Below are positions 1-8,773 of a DNA stretch of 31,821 bases, in pieces. Origin of the DNA: a virus (lineage: Duplodnaviria > Caudoviricetes); the IMG/VR virus record IMGVR_UViG_3300006735_006550, positions 1 to 31,821 of that record; one strand, 5' to 3'. The position numbers and the translations under genes were made by a program. Every line of letters starts with the position of its first letter. Positions within the stretch are counted from its first letter, which is position 1. The notes below the pieces were generated by a model that worked only from the letters and a program-made list of their open reading frames with translations, was not told the origin of the DNA and did no database searches.

Positions 1-2
1 AT

Positions 3-440
3 CCTGACATAGTAATATTTGGTAAGAAGGCACAAGTATGTGGATTTATGGCATTAGAAGAATTTTCATCAATACTTGATACAAAGATATTATACACAAC
101 TTGGGACTCAGATTTGATTGATATGATAAGGTCAACATATGTGATGGAAGTTATTGAGAAAGAAAATCTTCGTGAGTCAGTTTCCATTGAAAGTCAAAAA
201 TTTATTGATAGATTGAAGACGATAGATAATATTTATAATGTTAGAGGGAAAGGTTGTTTGATAGCATTTGATTTTGATACACAAACTCAAAGAGACAATT
301 TTTTTAATGACCTCTTCTCAAGTGGGATGTTATGTAATCCAACAGGTGATAAGTCAGTTAGACTGAGACCACATTTAACAACTACTGAAGAAGAGTTTGA
401 TAAAGCGTATAATTTAATCAATGGAGTTTTAAATGAGTAA
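3..440 (+). CDS. PLP-dependent class III aminotransferase, L-lysine 6-transaminase-like (5'-truncated by window edge)
   Basis: The frame is open from position 3 and reads PDIVIFGKKAQVCGFM, the PLP-lysine motif typical of Lat-like enzymes. It continues with NVRGKG..IAFD and SVRLRPHL, the class III C-terminal motifs. Confidence 0.8.
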   Translation, partial: PDIVIFGKKAQVCGFMALEEFSSILDTKILYTTWDSDLIDMIRSTYVMEVIEKENLRESVSIESQKFIDRLKTIDNIYNVRGKGCLIAFDFDTQTQRDNFFNDLFSSGMLCNPTGDKSVRLRPHLTTTEEEFDKAYNLINGVLNE

Positions 441-1599
441 AACTATAGCCATGATTCCTGTCAGGTTAGGTAGTAAAAGGGTTAAGAATAAAAATCTTAG
501 GTTAATCGATGGTAAACCCTTAATATGTTATGTTCTTGAAACTGCGATAAAGGCAAATGTATTCGATGAAATTTATATTAATTCTGAATCAGAAATATTC
601 GAACCGATAGCAAAAAAATATGGTGTAAAGTTTTATAAGAGACCAGATTATCTTGCTGAAGATGATAAGACGAATGATGATTTTGCTTATGATTTTTTAC
701 AGAACGTAGAGTGTGATGATTTAGTTCAGTTACTTTCTACATCACCTTTTATTTCAGTTGAGGATGTAAAACTATTCGTAAAAAAGTTTCACGATAATAA
801 TTATGAAACTCTTATATCGGTTAATAATATACAAATTGAATCTATCTACGATGGTAATCCTATTAATTTTAACCAAAAAGAAATTACACCACCCTCACAA
901 GATTTAAAACCCATACAATCTTATGCTTGTGGTTTAATGGCATGGAATAAAAACAAGTATGTTGATAATATGAAAAAGTTTAGTTCAGCATATCACGGTG
1001 GTGATGGAAGAACTGGTTTCTTTGAATTGGATGGATGGTCAACAATTGATATTGATACTGAGGATGATTTTAGATTGGCTGAAGTTGTACATAGTCATTT
1101 GAATATGAACCGACATACTAAACCTCAATATTATGATCCTAAAAAACATTTAGATGTAACAATTGAGAGAGACACAACACACGATGATTATCACGATATA
1201 CTTTATAAAGATGGAGTTGAAAATCCTGATTTTCTTGATGCAAACCATTCAGTTGTAAACATTGATGAGATTATCAAGAATAATAAACCATCTTGGGCAA
1301 AAAGATTGGTCAATACAGAAAACAATAGTGCGACGTTAATATGTCAAAGACCAGGTGAGGGTAATAGAAGACATTACCATCCAAGTTGGAATGAGTGGTG
1401 GTATATCGTAGATGGCCATTGGAAATGGGATATTGAAGATGAATCATTCATTGTTAAAAAAGGAGATTTAGTCTTCATAGAGAAAGGTAAATCCCATCAA
1501 ATACATGCGATAGGGAGTAAACCAGCAATAAGGTTGGCGGTTAGTAGAGAAGATGTGGCCCATGTCTATGTTGGTGATGATGTAAAGGATAGAAAATGA
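433..1599 (+). CDS. neuA: Acylneuraminate (CMP-sialic acid) cytidylyltransferase fused to a C-terminal cupin domain
   Basis: N-terminal IPVRLGSKRVKNKNLRLIDGKPLI and IDIDTEDDF motifs of CTP_transf_3. The C-terminus has cupin motifs HYHPSWNEWWYIVDG and GDLVFIEKGKSH. Confidence 0.85.
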   Translation: MSKTIAMIPVRLGSKRVKNKNLRLIDGKPLICYVLETAIKANVFDEIYINSESEIFEPIAKKYGVKFYKRPDYLAEDDKTNDDFAYDFLQNVECDDLVQLLSTSPFISVEDVKLFVKKFHDNNYETLISVNNIQIESIYDGNPINFNQKEITPPSQDLKPIQSYACGLMAWNKNKYVDNMKKFSSAYHGGDGRTGFFELDGWSTIDIDTEDDFRLAEVVHSHLNMNRHTKPQYYDPKKHLDVTIERDTTHDDYHDILYKDGVENPDFLDANHSVVNIDEIIKNNKPSWAKRLVNTENNSATLICQRPGEGNRRHYHPSWNEWWYIVDGHWKWDIEDESFIVKKGDLVFIEKGKSHQIHAIGSKPAIRLAVSREDVAHVYVGDDVKDRK

Positions 1600-2174
1600 G
1601 TAGAATGGTTGAGTTTGAAAATTTATTGGAAATATTTGAATCAAAAATTGACACCGATGAATTTAAACAATTACAAAAAGATTTTGATGAGGCAGATAAT
1701 ATCTATTTTATAGGTAATGGTGGTAATTCACCAGTTTGTTCTCATGCATCTTCTGATATCACAAGACTTACTGATAAAAAATGTTACTCGTTAGATAATG
1801 TTAGTTACATTACATCAATAGCAAATGATTACAAATATGATAACATTTTCATAAAGTGGTTAGAAGACTACATTTATCCTGATATGAAATCAATGGTGAT
1901 AGGTTTATCAGGTTCAGGTAATTCTAAGAATGTGGTGTCAGCACTTTCTTGGTGTAATGACAGATATAATATATCCACCGCACTAATATCAGGTCAAAAG
2001 TCAAATTGTCTTGATGAAAAAATAAATGAAGTGTGTTTTGATAGGGATTATTTTCACACGGTTGAAATATTGTCGGAGTTAACTTTCTATCAATTAATTC
2101 ACGGAACGGGTAATTCATGTCCAACAATAAAATCAGAACTTATAAGAAAATATGGAAAATCAGATGGAACTTGA
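1596..2174 (+). CDS. SIS-domain sugar-phosphate isomerase, GmhA-like
   Basis: FIGNGGNS..SH, ITSIAND and GLSGSGNSKNV motifs match phosphoheptose isomerase. ATGA overlap with the previous gene. Confidence 0.8.
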   Translation: MSRMVEFENLLEIFESKIDTDEFKQLQKDFDEADNIYFIGNGGNSPVCSHASSDITRLTDKKCYSLDNVSYITSIANDYKYDNIFIKWLEDYIYPDMKSMVIGLSGSGNSKNVVSALSWCNDRYNISTALISGQKSNCLDEKINEVCFDRDYFHTVEILSELTFYQLIHGTGNSCPTIKSELIRKYGKSDGT

Positions 2175-2553
2175 TGACTTTTTAGAAATGGTTAGTGATA
2201 CCGAAAAGAGTCAACTTGGTTTGGATTTTGATGGAGTTATACATAAAAATTCAAAAGGTTTTCATGATGGTACAATATACGATGAACCACTTAGAGGTGC
2301 AATTGAGGGTGTGAAATATTTAAATGAAGAATTAGGTTATGACTTAATAATCTATAGTTGCAAGGCCAATCCTGATAGACCTCTTATTGATGGTAAGAAT
2401 GGAATCGAATTAGTTTGGGAGTGGTTAGAGAAACATGGAATAAAACAAAATATTAAAGACGTAACATATATTAAACCCAATGCAGTAGCTTATATTGATG
2501 ATAAAGGTATTCGCTTCGAAAGTTGGGAACAAATCAAAAGGAATTTCAAGTAA
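2164..2553 (+). CDS. HAD-superfamily phosphatase (small, phage-type)
   Basis: DFDGV motif I, IYSC motif II, KP..YIDDK motifs III/IV. The start is probably ATG 2164 rather than 2152. Confidence 0.7.
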   Translation: MELDDFLEMVSDTEKSQLGLDFDGVIHKNSKGFHDGTIYDEPLRGAIEGVKYLNEELGYDLIIYSCKANPDRPLIDGKNGIELVWEWLEKHGIKQNIKDVTYIKPNAVAYIDDKGIRFESWEQIKRNFK

Positions 2554-3296
2554 TGGGTAAGAAAGCAATTATAGTTTCAAACTCACCTGTAGTTTTAGAG
2601 AGAGAACTTGGTGAAAAAATAGATTCATTTGATACGGTAATCAGAATAAATGATTTTGAGATAGATGGTTATGAAAAACACGTTGGAACCAAAACCGATA
2701 TATGGGCTAGTTGTTCAGGCCCACCGAGTCAAAAAAGTCATCCACTTATGAGAATAAGTGATTGGATGGACTATCAAAAGAACAAATTAGGGCCTTTTAG
2801 GGAAGTGTGGACTGTTAGAGAGGAAGTGGGAGACAATTTATTTTTTGATAATGAAAAACAACTACAACATTTTATAACAGATAAGACAAAATTTAGATTT
2901 ATGCATAAAAGTCATAATGGACATCAGTTGTGTTATGTCTCAGAGTTTATAAGAGAACATTGTAATAAATTAAATCCAAGTAGCACTGGTGTTGTGAGTC
3001 CAGGTACAGGATTTTTGACAATCTTAACGGCACTTGAAGTGTTTGGAGAAGTTTTTGTATATGGAAATAGTTTTTTTAAGGATGATGTTAGTGTTAAGGC
3101 CAAAAAAGGTAAGTCAAAACTTGGTAAACATTATTTTACAGTTGATATAGGTAGATACATTGGAACTGAAAGAGAGAAATATTTTAAAACCCAACTCGTC
3201 AGAGAAAATGGAAATTATGCCATATTAGACTATGATACAGAGACTAAGATTATTGAAGATTTTGTGGAACAAGGTAGGATAAAACAATTAAAATGA
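2553..3296 (+). CDS. Glycosyltransferase family 29 (sialyltransferase-like)
   Basis: Sialylmotif L-like IIVSNS...LGEKIDSFDTVIRIN...GYEKHVGTKT, motif S-like PGTGFLTILTAL...EVFVYG, and a later HY motif. Start at the TAATG overlap (2553). Confidence 0.75.
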   Translation: MGKKAIIVSNSPVVLERELGEKIDSFDTVIRINDFEIDGYEKHVGTKTDIWASCSGPPSQKSHPLMRISDWMDYQKNKLGPFREVWTVREEVGDNLFFDNEKQLQHFITDKTKFRFMHKSHNGHQLCYVSEFIREHCNKLNPSSTGVVSPGTGFLTILTALEVFGEVFVYGNSFFKDDVSVKAKKGKSKLGKHYFTVDIGRYIGTEREKYFKTQLVRENGNYAILDYDTETKIIEDFVEQGRIKQLK

Positions 3297-3928
3297 CATA
3301 CTCAGTTGTAATAAGAAACAGAAACGAGGAAAGATTTATAGGACATTGTATACAATCTTTAGTTGATTTCTTAGGTGATAAAATACAAGTAGTAATCGTT
3401 GATAATGAATCTACAGATGAATCTTTAAGAGTTGTTAATACGTTTGACTATTTAGATATCACCAGATTAAAGATTGATAAAAATGATTATTCACCTGGTA
3501 GTTCTTTAAACTATGGAATAAGTATATGTGAAAACAATGTCACGATAGTCATATCAGCTCATTGTGAAATAATAAAATGGTCTGATATCGCTTGGGATGA
3601 TTACACGGTAGCAGTTTGGGGAAAACAGATTCCAATATGGGATGGTAAAAAAGTTACACCAAGATACTTGTGGTCTAACTTTGGTGATGAAAATAAAATA
3701 AATCATTTTTGTAATTCAGAGAATAGATACTTTTTTCATAATGCATTCTCAATATTTGATACTGATTTTATTAAAGAAAATCCCTTTGATGAACGGTTAA
3801 GTGGGAAAGAAGATAGATATTGGGCTCAAGAACAAATTGATAAAGGTAACAATATACTATATCAATCAGATTTAGTTGTAAAACATCATTATACAAATAA
3901 TGGTGCAACATGGAAAGGTGTAGGTTGA
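3293..3928 (+). CDS. Glycosyltransferase family 2
   Basis: YSVVIRNRNEE, IVDNESTD, SAH and FDERL..KED motifs of GT-A fold GT2 (rhamnosyltransferase-like) enzymes. Confidence 0.85.
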   Translation: MTYSVVIRNRNEERFIGHCIQSLVDFLGDKIQVVIVDNESTDESLRVVNTFDYLDITRLKIDKNDYSPGSSLNYGISICENNVTIVISAHCEIIKWSDIAWDDYTVAVWGKQIPIWDGKKVTPRYLWSNFGDENKINHFCNSENRYFFHNAFSIFDTDFIKENPFDERLSGKEDRYWAQEQIDKGNNILYQSDLVVKHHYTNNGATWKGVG

Positions 3929-4012
3929 TAGAAATAATATGGTATTAGAAAATTTTACATTATACTTATTATCAGAATATGAATCACAACCTAAAACATT
4001 ATCAAAAATAAA

Positions 4013-4927
4013 ATGAAAGTTGCATTTTTCTCAGAATCAATAATGATGGGTGTACCACCACGAGACTTTGATAACGCAAGAACAGAAATTGCGTGGTCAG
4101 TCGCATTAAATGCACCATTCCTTACTTTTGATGCATCACCTACAACACATTTCGATTTAGGTATTGCAATTGTACCAAAAAACAATCCAAGTATCGTTGA
4201 TATAAATCGTTTGAAATTATTTTGTGACAAAGTTGCAATAATGCAAGAAGGCCCACATTGGTATTTTCAAGATTATCCTGTTGATGTACAATTTAATTAT
4301 GTGAACTTACTATTACAATCAGATTGGGTGTATTGTCATAATGAAAGTGATGTAAATTATTTTCTTGGATTAGGTTGTAAAGATGTGAGAGTTATGAGAA
4401 GTTTGATGATACCTGAAGGGTTAGCACCAAGAAGTGAGTGGGGTGATAACACAATGATAGGTGGTAATTTTGTAAGTTGGTATGGTGGATTTGATTCCTA
4501 TATAGTTGCAAGAGAAATAGGTCACCCTATATCCGCTCCATCAATGGGTAGAAGACAACAATCAGAGGATATGATTCCTGATATAAAATATCTACCTTAC
4601 ATGACTTGGAGAGAATGGATAAATTGTTTATCACAATATAACATAGGTGTTCATTTGATGAGAACACATGCAGCTGGAACATTTAGTATGAATTGTGCAT
4701 ATCACGGAATACCTTGTATTGGTTACAAAGGATTGGATACACAAGATATATTACATCCATTGACTTCAGTAGAGATTGGTGATTTGGATGAGGCAAAAAG
4801 AATTGGAAAGAAATTAAAAAAATCTAAGAAGTTTTATGATTTGTGTAGTGAAACTTCAAGAAAGAATTTTAAATCATATTATACAGAGGAAGCTTGGTTA
4901 GAAAATTGGAAGGAAATAAATAAATGA
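4013..4927 (+). CDS. Putative GT-B glycosyltransferase-like protein
   Basis: MKVAFF start and a C-terminal AAGTFSMNCAYHGIPCIG segment reminiscent of the GT4 E..A.G.P.I region. Sits inside the glycosylation cluster. Confidence 0.5.
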   Translation: MKVAFFSESIMMGVPPRDFDNARTEIAWSVALNAPFLTFDASPTTHFDLGIAIVPKNNPSIVDINRLKLFCDKVAIMQEGPHWYFQDYPVDVQFNYVNLLLQSDWVYCHNESDVNYFLGLGCKDVRVMRSLMIPEGLAPRSEWGDNTMIGGNFVSWYGGFDSYIVAREIGHPISAPSMGRRQQSEDMIPDIKYLPYMTWREWINCLSQYNIGVHLMRTHAAGTFSMNCAYHGIPCIGYKGLDTQDILHPLTSVEIGDLDEAKRIGKKLKKSKKFYDLCSETSRKNFKSYYTEEAWLENWKEINK

Positions 4928-5790
4928 ATGTATTAGTTACAGGTGGTGCTGGTTTTGTCGGCACTAACATAATAAAAAGGTTGTTGAAAGATGGACATCA
5001 GGTGGTATCACTTGACAATTACTCAAGTGGATTAAAAGAAAATGAACAAGAGGGATGTCAGTATTTTGAAGTTGATTTATGTCGGGTAAGAGACTATTCG
5101 TTCATTGGGATTAAACCAGATGTTATATTTCATATAGCTGCATTAGCAAGAATACAACCATCATTACAAGAACCACAGCATCATATAAATAACAATTTTG
5201 TATCAACATTAAATGTATTGGATTGGGCAAGAACACAAGGTAATATTCCAGTAATATATGCAGGTTCATCATCTAAACATCATGGGTTATATGGTAGTCC
5301 TTACGCTTGGTCAAAGTTTAGTGGTGAAGAGTTATGTAAACTATATAGTAGTGTGTATGATTTACCAACTTCAATATGTAGATTTTATAATGTGTATGGG
5401 CCACATCAATTAGTAGATGGGCCATATTGTACAGTTGTTGGTATATTTCAAGAACAATATAGTAATGGTGAATCATTGACGATTACGGGTAATGGTGAAC
5501 AAAGAAGAGATTTTACTCATGTTGATGATATTGTGGATTGTCTTGTTCGTTTAAAAGATTATAAAGATTTAAGAGGAGAGGAATTTGAATTAGGAAGAGG
5601 TACAAATCACTCTATAGTGGAACTTGCAAGTTATTTTGGTAAAGATTATCCAACTGAATTTGTACCACCAAGAAAAGGTGAATATGATAAAACACTATGT
5701 GAGGATACAAAGGCACATGAAATGTTAGGATGGAGTCCAACTATTAATTTAGATGATTATATCAAGGAATGGTTAAATGAAACCAATTAG
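4924..5790 (+). CDS. NAD-dependent nucleotide-sugar epimerase/dehydratase (extended SDR)
   Basis: VTGGAGFVG, YAWSK (YxxxK), RFYNVYGP and RDFTHVDD motifs. Confidence 0.92.
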   Translation: MNVLVTGGAGFVGTNIIKRLLKDGHQVVSLDNYSSGLKENEQEGCQYFEVDLCRVRDYSFIGIKPDVIFHIAALARIQPSLQEPQHHINNNFVSTLNVLDWARTQGNIPVIYAGSSSKHHGLYGSPYAWSKFSGEELCKLYSSVYDLPTSICRFYNVYGPHQLVDGPYCTVVGIFQEQYSNGESLTITGNGEQRRDFTHVDDIVDCLVRLKDYKDLRGEEFELGRGTNHSIVELASYFGKDYPTEFVPPRKGEYDKTLCEDTKAHEMLGWSPTINLDDYIKEWLNETN

Positions 5791-6967
5791 TTTTATTATT
5801 CCAAGTAGGAATAATTTAAAATACTTAAAACAGGCATATGAGAGTATTCGTAAAAACTCTCTAATAGAACACGAGATATGTATTGCAGATGATTTCTCTG
5901 ATGATGGAACTATGGAGTGGGTATTGGTTCAAATGAAACGAGATAAGAATATTCAGTTTCATAGAAATCACGGCCCTAAACGATTGGGACATACAATATT
6001 ATATGATACATTGATTAATGATTATGCAACACACGATAGAGTTATGATATTTCACGCAGATATGTATTTGTGTCCTGATGCTGATAAAGAAATTGATAAG
6101 TATTTAAAACCAGGCAGAGTTGTATCACTTACAAGAATAGAACCACCACTACATCCTGATGGGCCTGAAAAGATATTACAAGATTTTGGAATAGAACCTG
6201 AAGAGTTTCAAGAAGATGAACTACTTGAGTATCTAAACACTACAGATACAGGTGCAAAACCAACATTTGGTATATTTGCTCCGTGGGCAATAATGAAAGA
6301 GGATTTTCAAAGGATAGGTGGACATGATCCGTTATACGCTCCACAATCCAAAGAGGACTCTGACATATTCAATCGATTCGTATTGAATGGTTATGAGTTG
6401 ATTCAGACTTGGAAGGGTTTTGTATATCATATGACTTGTAGAGGTTCAAGATTCAAAGATGGAGCCATGAGAAACCCAGCAGGTCAAGTGTTTATGAAAG
6501 GAAGAGAATCAAGTGAGTGGTTAGAACAGAATCTTCGTAGTACGAGAAACTTTATTCGTAAGTGGGGGCATATGGTGAAACATGATGATATGATGTTTCC
6601 AATCATACCACCTAAATATGATGTAGGATTTGTGGTTAAAAATTGTGACAACGTTATGTTGAGAGAATTAGAGCCTTGGTGTTCTACATTGTATGTTGAT
6701 TGTGGTTATGACGAGTATATAAGAGAAGAACAAAAAAATACTAAGTTTGATTTATCTGATAGGATTAAACCATACGACAATGAAAAAAATAATAATATTA
6801 TCGTTGAGTTTGATGCATCAAGGTTAGATGCTAATAATTTTCAAATAATTGTAAATTTGTCCGATATATTAGAAGATAGTGGAGAGTCTGGTGATTCGAT
6901 ACTTGATATATTTAAAGTCCATATCAGTTCATTAAAAACTTATGAAAAGGGATTGATAAAAGTATGA
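5777..6967 (+). CDS. Glycosyltransferase family 2 with C-terminal extension
   Basis: ISFIIPSRNN, ADDFSDDGT, HADM, IGGHD...EDSD and VYH motifs. Confidence 0.85.
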   Translation: MKPISFIIPSRNNLKYLKQAYESIRKNSLIEHEICIADDFSDDGTMEWVLVQMKRDKNIQFHRNHGPKRLGHTILYDTLINDYATHDRVMIFHADMYLCPDADKEIDKYLKPGRVVSLTRIEPPLHPDGPEKILQDFGIEPEEFQEDELLEYLNTTDTGAKPTFGIFAPWAIMKEDFQRIGGHDPLYAPQSKEDSDIFNRFVLNGYELIQTWKGFVYHMTCRGSRFKDGAMRNPAGQVFMKGRESSEWLEQNLRSTRNFIRKWGHMVKHDDMMFPIIPPKYDVGFVVKNCDNVMLRELEPWCSTLYVDCGYDEYIREEQKNTKFDLSDRIKPYDNEKNNNIIVEFDASRLDANNFQIIVNLSDILEDSGESGDSILDIFKVHISSLKTYEKGLIKV

Positions 6968-7206
6968 CTTATTTCATAATAGGAAAAAATGAAGATAAGG
7001 CAAATTTAATGTTTGACTCAAATCAATTGGGTGAGGAGAGTTTAGGTACATTTTATCCAGCACAAGGATTTATCGCACTACACAATATGATTCACAATAA
7101 ACCAGAATCATTAGAAAACTTCATCATAATGGATGATGTGGGTAAAAACTACTCTATTACAGAGTTTTTAGATGTAGTGGAAAAATTAAAAATAAAAAAG
7201 GCTTGA
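6964..7206 (+). CDS. Hypothetical protein
   Basis: 80-aa ORF with ATGA overlap; its stop lies within the downstream -35 element. Confidence 0.65.
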   Translation: MTYFIIGKNEDKANLMFDSNQLGEESLGTFYPAQGFIALHNMIHNKPESLENFIIMDDVGKNYSITEFLDVVEKLKIKKA

Positions 7207-7231
7207 CATTGATAAAAATTATTCGTAATTT
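7203..7231 (+). promoter_or_regulatory. Sigma70-type promoter TTGACA-17-TAATTT
   Basis: A-tract then GGCTTGACA (TTGACA 7203-7208) and TAATTT (7226-7231); member of a family of nine similar motifs in the window. Confidence 0.6.
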
Positions 7232-7242
7232 AGGAGTACAAA

Positions 7243-7416
7243 ATGGGTAAAAACATTCGTAATTGGGAAGAATGGGATGATATTGAAGATGAAACCTCAC
7301 TCGAACAAACACGAAATAAACGAAAAAGTAAATTACATAAAGAAAGTAAGGTTAATATTGTCAACAAAAAAGATGAAAACAATCAAATCAATAAAAAACA
7401 TCCTAATAGGAATTAG
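7243..7416 (+). CDS. Small charged hypothetical protein (57 aa, MGKNIRNWEEWDD...)
   Basis: Not in the ORF track. AGGAG Shine-Dalgarno upstream, directly after the promoter. Confidence 0.6.
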   Translation: MGKNIRNWEEWDDIEDETSLEQTRNKRKSKLHKESKVNIVNKKDENNQINKKHPNRN

Positions 7417-7891
7417 TGTATTATTTCTAATAGGTTGTGAAGATACCTATGTAGAGTATGAACAAGAGGCAACTCTTACGTTTGATATGAGACTACCCGA
7501 AGATGACAATGGGTATTATCACTTAAAATTAAATCCGAATAAATGGCAAACTCTACATCGAATATCAGGCACAATTAGACAAAAGGAATTTGGATTAGAA
7601 AATTTTTGGATTGATTGGGAGAGTAATCTATATTGGTATATTGGAGATACTCTTGGATATATTGTGAAGAGAGGATTAGACACAAATTTAAATTATGTAT
7701 CGTATGATACGGTATATGTAACTGGTTTTAATGGAGAAGAAGTTCCAACAACCAACCAGACAAGTTACAGTAATAGTAGAGGTGAGTTAAATAACATGAT
7801 AGCACCTGTACAAACTATGGTGGGAGACACTATGAAATTAACTGCTAATTGGTCTAATGGTAATTTGGATTTTTACATTGTATTAGATTAA
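7373..7891 (+). CDS. Putative lipoprotein
   Basis: From ATG 7373: MKTIKSIKNILIGISVLFLIG-C, a basic N-region, hydrophobic core and lipobox Cys. Confidence 0.7.
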   Translation: MKTIKSIKNILIGISVLFLIGCEDTYVEYEQEATLTFDMRLPEDDNGYYHLKLNPNKWQTLHRISGTIRQKEFGLENFWIDWESNLYWYIGDTLGYIVKRGLDTNLNYVSYDTVYVTGFNGEEVPTTNQTSYSNSRGELNNMIAPVQTMVGDTMKLTANWSNGNLDFYIVLD

Positions 7892-7911
7892 AAACAATAA
7901 GGAGAAAGCTT

Positions 7912-8133
7912 ATGGGAATGTGGCAACTTTTTTGTAATGAAGAAGTAGTAGATACTGTGGATTTGAAGACAAATGTGTATGAGGAAGCTCATACTTATTT
8001 TAGGTTACGAAAGAATTTAACCCACGAGAGTTTTAATAAATTATTCATAGTGAAAGAGTATGTTAGACCTCAAAAATCCGTAGGCAATATAGAATGGTGG
8101 AGAGAGGAACCAACATCATTAGATGATTTTTAG
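7912..8133 (+). CDS. Hypothetical protein
   Basis: 73-aa ORF preceded by AAGGAG. Confidence 0.65.
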   Translation: MGMWQLFCNEEVVDTVDLKTNVYEEAHTYFRLRKNLTHESFNKLFIVKEYVRPQKSVGNIEWWREEPTSLDDF

Positions 8134-8145
8134 AAAGGAATCAAT

Positions 8146-8223
8146 ATGGAATTATTATTAACTTGTATATTTAGTTTGTGTGTAATTAGTTTGATAGCAG
8201 TAGTAGATAGGAAATTTAAATGA
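8146..8223 (+). CDS. Single-TM micro-protein (25 aa, MELLLTCIFSLCVISLIAVVDRKFK)
   Basis: AAAGGA SD, hydrophobic sequence, and a TGA overlapping the next ATG. Confidence 0.5.
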   Translation: MELLLTCIFSLCVISLIAVVDRKFK

Positions 8224-8456
8224 GTGACTCACTAATCATGTTTATTGGATTTGCAATAGGTGTAACTACATCATCTATTGCATATCTAATATATGTTAAT
8301 AAAAAGTTTAATACGTTTGAGGACGAAATACAAAGACTACGTACGACTCGTCAAATTTTAAAAGAAGAAATTTTCAGATTAGAGAAAAATTACAAGCCTT
8401 CTAAACCAACACCAAGAAAGTTTAGAAAAAAACCTAAACCTGTGGGAAAAGCATAA
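8220..8456 (+). CDS. Membrane-anchored hypothetical protein with basic C-terminus
   Basis: N-terminal TM helix, coiled-coil-like middle and K/P-rich tail. Confidence 0.65.
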   Translation: MSDSLIMFIGFAIGVTTSSIAYLIYVNKKFNTFEDEIQRLRTTRQILKEEIFRLEKNYKPSKPTPRKFRKKPKPVGKA

Positions 8457-8514
8457 CACTTTGTAATATATACTATATTTATATCTGTATATAATAACAA
8501 ATCGGAGACTTTCG

Positions 8515-8745
8515 TTGAACGAAGCAGACAGAAAAGAATTTGACATCATTCACACCAAGATAGACAACCTCACAACAGATATCAAATTCATTAAAGAAAA
8601 TTTATTCAATCCTCACGAGGGATTATGGGCAGAAACTAAACTCAATACACAATTCAGACAATCAACGTCTAAGTGGAGAGGTGTTATAGGCACAGGTTTC
8701 GTAGGGTTATTCGTCAAACACGTGTGGGATATGTTCAATACGTAA
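8515..8745 (+). CDS. Hypothetical coiled-coil protein with C-terminal TM segment
   Basis: TTG start after GGAG; preceded by a TATATTTAT motif at 8474. Confidence 0.6.
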   Translation: MNEADRKEFDIIHTKIDNLTTDIKFIKENLFNPHEGLWAETKLNTQFRQSTSKWRGVIGTGFVGLFVKHVWDMFNT

Positions 8746-8773
8746 AATTCTAAAATATGGTTATTAAATAAAA

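Noticed and set aside
7277-7372. Longer N-termini given by the track (also starts 2152, 2523, 23289, 26809)
   Set aside because: Downstream ATGs give better coupling, SD placement or signal peptides and avoid long overlaps.
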